NCBI GenBank assembly: GCA_948701955.1
Contig: CAPSSR010000002.1
Coordinates: forward strand, 1-55,890
Source of the DNA: an uncultured Anaeroplasmataceae bacterium
GTDB lineage: Bacteria; Bacillota_I; Bacilli_A; Acholeplasmatales; Anaeroplasmataceae
Direction of reading: 5' to 3'
Length of the DNA stretch: 55,890 bases
Positions 19,676-27,173 of the stretch are shown here, in pieces (position 1 is the stretch's first letter; each line of letters starts with the position of its first letter). The notes under the pieces are model-generated. The model saw only the letters and a program-made list of their open reading frames with translations, did not search any database and was not told the origin of the DNA. The translations under genes were made by a program, and so were the position numbers.

Positions 19676-20464
19676 TTATTCAAGTTTTTTGATAAATCTA
19701 TCATTTAACATTTGTTCAATCTGCTTATATGTAAAATCCATACTAATTAATCCTGTAACAATAGTTTCAACTTCCTCAACTTTTCTTAGTTCTGACTCAG
19801 AGAAACTATCTCGTAAAGCATCATTAGTTTTGACTTTTCTTTCACTTCTCAATGTTTTTGCGTCACAACCAAATAGTATTTTATAAATCATATTTGTATA
19901 ATTTGGATATGCAAATTTTTTGTGTTTACTTTCTGGTATGTATTTTGAAATGGCAGAGGTCATACGTTTTCTTTCAATGATTCCAACTTCACGTTGAATT
20001 GCCCATGACTTCCTATCAACCTCAGTCTTTTCTTCAATATTAAGAAGATAATTTCTGATTTTTGTGGCCATAAGATTACTGGTCATTAACATTCCAATTC
20101 TTAATAAAGATCTTTTAGTGAGTATGGTTAAAGATCTTGTTTTAGAACTTATTTTGTCAGGTTCATTTGAACCTTGCAAAATTTTTTCTTTAAAATTATC
20201 AAGTTCTGTACCTGTTAAAATAATCATGCCATCAGATTCAAATTCTTCACGATTCCTCTTAATTATGGTTTTGACAGAATCAAGACTACATTCATAATAA
20301 TTTGCAACTTGTTGTGTTGTAACTACCATATCATCAGTTAAATACGGAATAACTTTTAGTTTGTCTAAAAAATCATACGAGATAGCATCTAATGTTTCAT
20401 TTCTAAGAGTTTTACTCTCTGTATAAATTAATTCTTTATCACTTTGATTTTTCATATTTTTCAT
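19676..20464 (-). CDS. phage regulatory protein (Rha/antirepressor-like), tentative
   Basis: 262 aa; N-terminal VTTQQVANYYECSLDSVKTIIKRNREEF resembles phage regulatory DNA-binding domains. Confidence 0.35.
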   Translation of the reverse strand: MKNMKNQSDKELIYTESKTLRNETLDAISYDFLDKLKVIPYLTDDMVVTTQQVANYYECSLDSVKTIIKRNREEFESDGMIILTGTELDNFKEKILQGSNEPDKISSKTRSLTILTKRSLLRIGMLMTSNLMATKIRNYLLNIEEKTEVDRKSWAIQREVGIIERKRMTSAISKYIPESKHKKFAYPNYTNMIYKILFGCDAKTLRSERKVKTNDALRDSFSESELRKVEEVETIVTGLISMDFTYKQIEQMLNDRFIKKLE

Positions 20465-20725
20465 GAAAGAATCCTCCTTGTTTATTGACTAAATGTAATA
20501 GTAGGAGAGTGGGGATTGTCCCACAAATCTCCCATTGTTGGTGTAGTAGGAGCATACCCTACACATGCGTACCACCAATAGTTTCTCCGTCTAAAGATAA
20601 TCAGTCGCTTCACCGATCGGCAGTTACTTTCACTCACTGCAAATCTCTAATATATATTTCTCCAAACAAAAAGACTTGCGCTCAATTTTCAGAACGCAAG
20701 TCTTTCTCGCCACTATCTTACAAAC

Positions 20726-21358
20726 CTATAATTCTATTCCAATCTCTGAAGCAATTTCTCTTAACATATCAACATCATCTGTAAAATGGCTATAACTTGA
20801 ATAACATGTAACGCCATTTTTTGAAACGCTCCAATTTTTAGTGAACCCAACAGGAACACCATCATCATTCTTACTGATATATGTAGACTCTGAATCATAA
20901 ATATCATTCTCTGAAAGTTCTTCATCATCAGAATCTTCCAATTCTTCGTCTTTGCCAACAGTGAACCAATCATGCTCACCTAAGGGCATGAATTCATTCC
21001 GCTGCATATCGATAAGAGCCTTGCTGTTAACATCTTCATGGAACAATACATATCCTTCAGTTGAATAATATATGTCCTTTGATTCATTATAACATTTTTC
21101 TACACTAACATGCCAGTCATCAGAATGTATGTCGTCAGATAACGAAAGAATATATTCTCGGTTATATTCTTCATCAAAATCGATGATGCAGCTATCTAAA
21201 ACAACGTCTTCATAATTTAGCAACTCCGCCATAATTTCCGTAACGATTTCTTTATTTGCTACTACGGATACAAGATGTTCCTCAGTGTCTGTATATTGAA
21301 ATAGCTGAGATGCTAAGTCACCAATATTTTCAAAATTAATCATAATGTCACCCACCAA
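20726..21358 (-). CDS. highly acidic hypothetical protein
   Basis: 210 aa, D/E-rich (EELEDSDDEELSENDIYDSES). Confidence 0.45.
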   Translation of the reverse strand: MVGDIMINFENIGDLASQLFQYTDTEEHLVSVVANKEIVTEIMAELLNYEDVVLDSCIIDFDEEYNREYILSLSDDIHSDDWHVSVEKCYNESKDIYYSTEGYVLFHEDVNSKALIDMQRNEFMPLGEHDWFTVGKDEELEDSDDEELSENDIYDSESTYISKNDDGVPVGFTKNWSVSKNGVTCYSSYSHFTDDVDMLREIASEIGIEL

Positions 21359-21364
21359 CCTGGA

Positions 21365-21652
21365 TTATGCGAAAATAGTCTTCAGAGACTTTACGATTTT
21401 GACAGATGCCTCCTTATGTTCTGGCTTCACATATTTCTCTCCCTTGTTAGGCCCCATCATAATAGTTCCAGTCTTTTCTTTTACGACTTTCTCTTTTACT
21501 TTACAGATTCCAGGAACTGTAACTTCATCACCTGAAGTGACAACGTCCTTAACAACTGCTTCAAGAGCTGCCAACACAGATGCAACCTGTTTCTGATTTA
21601 CTGCTTCGACTGATTTATTTGAAATTTCTTTTAAAAGTTCTACTTTTGTCAT
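21365..21652 (-). CDS. HU/IHF-family DNA-binding protein
   Basis: 95 aa; MTKVELLKEISNKS...VLAALEAVVKDVV...KTGTIMMGPNKGEKYVKPEHKEASVK follows the HU fold. Confidence 0.8.
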   Translation of the reverse strand: MTKVELLKEISNKSVEAVNQKQVASVLAALEAVVKDVVTSGDEVTVPGICKVKEKVVKEKTGTIMMGPNKGEKYVKPEHKEASVKIVKSLKTIFA

Positions 21653-21703
21653 GATTTTTTATTCCTTTCGATTTAAAATGTTTGTCCTATATTTTCGGGA
21701 CAC

Positions 21704-21741
21704 CAAAATAGAAGAGTAGTATTCGCTATTCAGCAAGCTAC
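21704..21741 (-). terminator. intrinsic terminator-like hairpin
   Basis: AGAGTAG-18 nt-CTACTCT; T-rich run on minus strand after the stem. Confidence 0.35.
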
Positions 21742-21805
21742 TCTCCAACACATGTGTTTATGGTTTTGCCATCCAAATATAATAAGCAGGTCATCCATAC
21801 TTACT

Positions 21806-22117
21806 TTATTTTGTCTTACTTTTATTTACAGAATTTGACATCTGTTTTACATTTTTCATAAGCTGAATGTTATCATTAATCATAAGAGCTAATGCCTGAT
21901 CTTCTGTAAATCCAACAGAGACATAAGCATCATACATATTTTTCTTTGTTCTGGCTACAACAGCAGGATATTCAGTGTTGTTGGAATAATCCTTATATAT
22001 TTCAACTACTTCCTGTGCTAAATCATATACAACTGGTTTATATTTGTTAATATATTCTTTTACTACAGGAACTATCAATTCTGGGTTACTACCCAATAAT
22101 TCTAAAATCTTATCCAT
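21806..22117 (-). CDS. hypothetical protein
   Basis: 103-aa ORF. Confidence 0.45.
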   Translation of the reverse strand: MDKILELLGSNPELIVPVVKEYINKYKPVVYDLAQEVVEIYKDYSNNTEYPAVVARTKKNMYDAYVSVGFTEDQALALMINDNIQLMKNVKQMSNSVNKSKTK

Positions 22118-22146
22118 TTTTATATTTTCTCCTTTAAATTAATAAT

Positions 22147-23361
22147 CTATTGTAATTTCACATTATAACAACATTGAACACCTTGTTCATCACATACTAA
22201 AACAGTTTGCGATGCTTTTCCTGACAACCTTTTTGATATTGTATAATCATCTCCAGAAGGAGCAAAACTACCAGACTGATATATCTGTATCCCATTAAAC
22301 TCTTTCATGGCAGGCGTATGCTTGTGTCCGCATACAATATATTCTGGACAGAAGCCAAGCATTGTTACCAGACCACCAATTCCAGTTTTAGAAATAATGT
22401 CAACATCTCCATGTATAAGTAGATAGTTCTTATTTCTGATATGGGCCTCCCCAATAGTTGAATCAAACTTTCTATGTGTCATGTCGTGAAAATTATCTAT
22501 GTGTTTAAGGAGGTTGCATACAGTCCACCCAATCAAATCATCCAACCGCTCATCTTTAATTGCATTATCTTTATTCGGATTCAATCTTGAGTGATTCCCA
22601 CTAATATTATAAAAATACACGTCATCAAAATATTTTGTCAGTTCATAACAAAAAGAAGATATATATTCTATAGCGATTTTCACCTGTTCCACGACATTTT
22701 CTTTATTTGATATCTGAATTGTTTGATGGATAAGACCGCTTATCTGATCGCCAATGCTACATACATGAATCTTTGAAGAGTTATGTCTTTTTGCGATTTC
22801 AATGACATCATTTAAATATTTGTTTAATTCTTGTTTTGCAATATTACTATTATATTCTCCCCAAAATGATTTGAATGTCTGTCCGATATGTAGATCTGCA
22901 ATACAGCAAAGTAAATCAGTGGTTCCATTTATTTGTGGAACATCATGGATTTTAAAATTCGTATTACCGACTGTAGGGATTATCTCTTCAAAAATTTCCA
23001 TGACCTCATCAAAGCGTGTATTTTCATAATTTTGCTTATTCCAGGCTCTTCTTTGGTCACGAAATTTGATTGTATTGCGCTGAAGTTCACGGTTCATTAT
23101 ATCAAGTTTCTTTTGGTGTTCTGTTGATTCCATTTTTGAAAAACAATTATTATAAAATTTTTTAGCTGCTTGATATTTTTTTCTCCATGCCGATTCAGTA
23201 CGATATAATGTTTCATCGTCTCCTAAAAGTTCATGATTTACAATATTATTTACAGAATCCCAGCTCTCTAATTCTCCAGAATCTATGAGTTGCCCAATTT
23301 TCCATAAATATTGTTCTTCTGTTTCTGTAGATATTTTTTTGGTATCTTGAATAGTAGTCAC
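22147..23361 (-). CDS. calcineurin-like metallophosphoesterase (SbcD/Mre11-like or phosphatase)
   Basis: 404 aa; ordered motifs DLHIGQ (DxH), GDQISG (GD), GNHS (GNH), LIHGDVD, GHKHTP (GHxH); helical N-terminal extension. Confidence 0.65.
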   Translation of the reverse strand: MTTIQDTKKISTETEEQYLWKIGQLIDSGELESWDSVNNIVNHELLGDDETLYRTESAWRKKYQAAKKFYNNCFSKMESTEHQKKLDIMNRELQRNTIKFRDQRRAWNKQNYENTRFDEVMEIFEEIIPTVGNTNFKIHDVPQINGTTDLLCCIADLHIGQTFKSFWGEYNSNIAKQELNKYLNDVIEIAKRHNSSKIHVCSIGDQISGLIHQTIQISNKENVVEQVKIAIEYISSFCYELTKYFDDVYFYNISGNHSRLNPNKDNAIKDERLDDLIGWTVCNLLKHIDNFHDMTHRKFDSTIGEAHIRNKNYLLIHGDVDIISKTGIGGLVTMLGFCPEYIVCGHKHTPAMKEFNGIQIYQSGSFAPSGDDYTISKRLSGKASQTVLVCDEQGVQCCYNVKLQ

Positions 23362-23368
23362 CTACTTT

Positions 23369-23614
23369 CTATTCATCAGCTTCTTCTGATGTAACCAAAT
23401 CTAAATCCTCATCTGATTTCAGACTTACACAAAATTCGATTGGCTGATTTATAAATACTTTTAGCAAATCGGTTACTCTTATATCTTGTTCTGCATCATT
23501 TTCATCGGTATAGGTAATAAATGTTGCATCTTCTGACAGAACACCTTTTATTGTTAGTTTGTCGGTGATATTTCTCTTAAAAGATAGTTTGGATTTCAAA
23601 AATTTATCCTCCAT
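23369..23614 (-). CDS. hypothetical protein
   Basis: 81-aa acidic ORF, coupled to downstream gene. Confidence 0.4.
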   Translation of the reverse strand: MEDKFLKSKLSFKRNITDKLTIKGVLSEDATFITYTDENDAEQDIRVTDLLKVFINQPIEFCVSLKSDEDLDLVTSEEADE

Positions 23615-23616
23615 GC

Positions 23617-24747
23617 TTAATAAAAATTATTTTTCAGAATATATTCAATATTATCAAAATCCCAATACCAAATTTCTAATAGTTTAATATTATGATCTTT
23701 TGCATATTGTCTCTTTCTTCTATCATGCTCTTGTTGTTTGTATAACTTCATTTTTGTTTGATGCCTTGCAGTTCCATCGTGAAATTCTCCTTGATATTCT
23801 ATAAGATAGTTGAATTTTGGTATATAAAAGTCAAAAGATAACTTTCCTCCGTTTATTCCAATTAATCCATCAAATTCTTTTTGCCATACATAATTAATAT
23901 TTTTGTTCTTTAATATTTCTTCAATTCTTTTTTCGCCTTTAGATACATTACACTTTGGACATCCACTTTTTTCACCTGTAATTAAATTGCTAGGTTTTGC
24001 TTTCCAGATATATCCGCATTGCAAACATTGAAATTTTATTTTATGATTTACAGTTGAAAATGTTTCTAATGGTTTAATAGATTTATGATTTTTTGATAGT
24101 TCATCTACAAATTCTTCATGTGTTCTTCTTACTTTATTTATACACCTATGGCAATAACCCTTTGAATTAACAAAGGCTGGGATTGTAGTATTCCAACTAT
24201 AGTTACATTTTTTGCATTTGCAAGTAATTTTACTGTCAAGCCCCACATATTCCGCTTTGTTGATTTCTACAATAACATTTGTATTTTTGTTATTTAGCTC
24301 TTCTAAAACTTCATCTAAAGATTTAATACGAGCTTTCTTTTTGCAGCGAGGACAATAATTTCTTTCCACTGTATTTTTGGCGATTTCTTCCCATTCATAT
24401 TCACAAACATTACATCTGCATTTTACTTTATTTAGTATACCATGATACTCGCTTAAAACAGTAAAATTTCTTTTAGACTTTATTTTTTCAAGAAAAGTCT
24501 CATTATTAAGAATTCTTCCTGAACAATAAGGACATGGAATATAAGAATTATTTTTATAGTTTCTTGCAAGTGTATCTGGAGTGATTGAAAAAGTGTTATT
24601 ACAATTTTTGCATTTAAATGTCACATCCGTTTTTGCGTTTTTATACTTATTAAGTAATTCAAGTTGTGGAAATTTGTTATGTATTTCTATTGTATATTCT
24701 TCATTTGTTTTCTTTTTTGGCATTTTATAACAACTCCTTCGTAACAA
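23617..24747 (-). CDS. 4x zinc-ribbon repeat protein with C-terminal DUF559/Vsr-like endonuclease domain
   Basis: 376 aa; four C-x2-C-x-(Y/F)-x-W ... C-x2-C repeats; C-terminal GEKRIEEIL...FDFYIP...LIEYQGEFH resembles PD-(D/E)xK DUF559. Confidence 0.5.
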   Translation of the reverse strand: MLRRSCYKMPKKKTNEEYTIEIHNKFPQLELLNKYKNAKTDVTFKCKNCNNTFSITPDTLARNYKNNSYIPCPYCSGRILNNETFLEKIKSKRNFTVLSEYHGILNKVKCRCNVCEYEWEEIAKNTVERNYCPRCKKKARIKSLDEVLEELNNKNTNVIVEINKAEYVGLDSKITCKCKKCNYSWNTTIPAFVNSKGYCHRCINKVRRTHEEFVDELSKNHKSIKPLETFSTVNHKIKFQCLQCGYIWKAKPSNLITGEKSGCPKCNVSKGEKRIEEILKNKNINYVWQKEFDGLIGINGGKLSFDFYIPKFNYLIEYQGEFHDGTARHQTKMKLYKQQEHDRRKRQYAKDHNIKLLEIWYWDFDNIEYILKNNFY

Positions 24748-24817
24748 TATTAAGAAATAAGATAAGTTGCCTTATCTATATTCCACTTTTCTAAACTTCT
24801 ATTTAATAATTCTGTTT

Positions 24818-24858
24818 TTTCAAACAAAAAGACCAGAAATCCTTTTGACTTCTGGTCT
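24818..24858 (-). terminator. rho-independent terminator
   Basis: 9-bp stem AGACCAGAA/TTCTGGTCT with 11-nt loop; tttttgtttg on minus strand after the stem. Confidence 0.55.
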
Positions 24859-25052
24859 GTATCAATTCTTATAATTGGATTGCTATTTTCAATTAAATAA
24901 TTCGCTAATCGTTTACTTTTACAAACAAACAATGAAATTTTCCTTTCATGAATATATTTTTATATTTTCTAACATTTATATTTTTAAAATTTGTGGGCTG
25001 TTGACGAAGAGCCATACTACGGAGGTTTATTTTACCAAAACAAACAAAGGAA

Positions 25053-25128
25053 TCGGGGATCAGGGACTCGAACCCTGGGCAAACATAGTTTATAAGACTA
25101 CTGCTCTAACCAACTGAGCTAATCCCCA
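25053..25128 (-). tRNA. tRNA-Ile (anticodon TAT), tentative identity
   Basis: Acceptor (T)GGGGAT/ATCCCCG, D-arm GCTC-AGTTGGTTA-GAGC, anticodon stem GTAGT/ACTAT with loop CTTATAA, T-arm CAGGG-TTCGAGT-CCCTG; variable region about 7 nt. Confidence 0.65.
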
Positions 25129-25687
25129 AAAGAAATAAGTGGAGATGCCACCAGAACGGTAGCGCCACCACCTATATAGGAGAAAAATATATGAAGAAAG
25201 AGTGCAATTATCAGATGCTTGAAACAGGACTGAAATGCTGATTTGTGATTTCAACCAATTTGTCATCAGCATTACACTGATGTAATTAACCATATCAATC
25301 ATGATTAATAAAAATCTTTAAAATATTTGCTGTTAATTTTTTCGTATCTTCACAAAAAATTATGTTCAAAAAGATAAGATTGACGCAACGGTTGTCATGA
25401 TTTTAAGTTTTCATTATAGCAAATTACTAGAATTGCAAAATAACATAATTGGCAAATTGCAACGTGCTTAACGAAGATTATATGATATCATATAGGTATA
25501 CTTGATGCTTGGAAATGTTTCCTAACAAATCTGTTATGCACAATGTGTCTTTCGTTTTCATAATTCGATATTTTTTGGACAATATCATACTCGCAGCATT
25601 ATACTTTATCTGCGACTAAAGCGGTTGACCACCACAAAACGCTTATTTCAACCCTGTTGCAAGCATCTGATAGTGGAAGAGGAGTGG

Positions 25688-26305
25688 CTATTGTTTAGCA
25701 GCCACTACATCTTCAAAGGTATCGGAGATATCCCATTTTGGAATAAAATCAAGTTCTGTGTTGATTTCGATAGAATCTAATTTTGCAGAAACGCCATCGC
25801 AAATTTTATTATACTTTTTAATCAAGGCCTTTACATCATTACGATTAAAATCTATCTGGGTAGTCTCAACGATATCATAGAAATACTTGACCTGGTTTCC
25901 CTCAGCATTAAATTTATATCCAGAGCCAGAGACTGTTTTTTCGCCAGATTTAATGTCTGCGATATATTTTAGCGTATTAACAAAGGACTGTCTTTTCTTA
26001 TTCATGGAAATTGCATTATCTATGTTGATTTCAGCACTGGCCTTGGCAACAGCGATAGCATTAACAAGAGATTCCTTTTCGGTAATGACTTTTATGATAA
26101 AATCAATTACATCATTCGGAGTGTAGTCCACATCATAGGATTTTGGCACTTCAATAATTTCGTCAACCGCATCACTATTTGCCTTTTTGCGCAAATGGTT
26201 TTGCTTGGTAGTCGTAGTAAATGCTTTGTCATAAAGATGCCTTTGTGCAGTCTCATATAAATTATCAAGATAGTTTGCGTAACGGTAAGACTCTTTTAGA
26301 TTCAT
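25688..26305 (-). CDS. hypothetical protein
   Basis: 205-aa ORF. Confidence 0.5.
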   Translation of the reverse strand: MNLKESYRYANYLDNLYETAQRHLYDKAFTTTTKQNHLRKKANSDAVDEIIEVPKSYDVDYTPNDVIDFIIKVITEKESLVNAIAVAKASAEINIDNAISMNKKRQSFVNTLKYIADIKSGEKTVSGSGYKFNAEGNQVKYFYDIVETTQIDFNRNDVKALIKKYNKICDGVSAKLDSIEINTELDFIPKWDISDTFEDVVAAKQ

Positions 26306-26395
26306 AATATTTTGCTCCTTTTACAAAATTTTTCATTATATACCATTAAAAGAAAACGATACTTTTTTTAAAAAATGTCTATAACCATAGAAAAA

Positions 26396-27124
26396 TCAAG
26401 GTATTTCAGAAACATGTGCTTCAAACATTTTTGCGTTTCTTATGTGTTTCATGCGCTCTTTGGTATTATTCCTGTTAATGATATTAGCGCAAGACTTACA
26501 ATATTTACGGTTTTTGACAGTATCTCTAATTACTCTTCCACAATTTTTACACTGTTTAAATCCTTTCTTAAAATTTCCTATGTACTGATTCCCAAGATTA
26601 CTAAATTCTTTTATTCTATAAACAATATCACCAGAATTATTCATATCAATTCGGATATTTAGATTATCTACTTTCTTTCCAAACGTAATATATCCATTAA
26701 TATATAGCTCATGTAATAACGCATTTCTTTTATCAGATGAAAGAGTAACATTCGCAAGCTTAAATACTTCTGAGATATCTTTTGATTCCTTCTTGTTAAT
26801 CCATCCATCACTATTCATATATCTTGCAATTGCGAAAAGTGTAAACATTAATTTCTTTTGCTTATCATTTGGCAATGAGGCAATAAAATTAATTTCTGAT
26901 TCATATATTGGAATATATTCCCTTTCTTTAAAAGTACGTTCTATATTTCCGTTAAATAACCCATCGCATACAGTGATGATTTTGTTATGATACCTATACT
27001 CTTGATAGTTTTCTAAATCAAATTCCAATATTTTTCTCTTTATTATGTTAGATAACTGTTCAATACTCTTATCATCAGAGTAGTAATATTTGGCGATTAG
27101 GGTAATAAAGTACCCCATAGACAA
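26396..27124 (-). CDS. hypothetical protein with C-terminal zinc ribbon
   Basis: 242 aa; CKNCGRV...CKSCANI at C-terminus. Confidence 0.45.
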   Translation of the reverse strand: MSMGYFITLIAKYYYSDDKSIEQLSNIIKRKILEFDLENYQEYRYHNKIITVCDGLFNGNIERTFKEREYIPIYESEINFIASLPNDKQKKLMFTLFAIARYMNSDGWINKKESKDISEVFKLANVTLSSDKRNALLHELYINGYITFGKKVDNLNIRIDMNNSGDIVYRIKEFSNLGNQYIGNFKKGFKQCKNCGRVIRDTVKNRKYCKSCANIINRNNTKERMKHIRNAKMFEAHVSEIP

Positions 27125-27173
27125 GTCATCTGGCTTCTTTTTTGAAGCCAGAATATTTCTTATATATTCTTTT

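Noticed and set aside
24750-24932. 60-aa ORF downstream of the zinc-ribbon nuclease gene
   Set aside because: Would need a TTG start and spans a strong rho-independent terminator hairpin at 24818-24858.
25090-25302. 70-aa ORF on minus strand (also 8036-8251 plus-strand ORF near tRNA-Lys)
   Set aside because: Overlaps the tRNA-Ile and tRNA-Lys genes respectively; no RBS; likely spurious.
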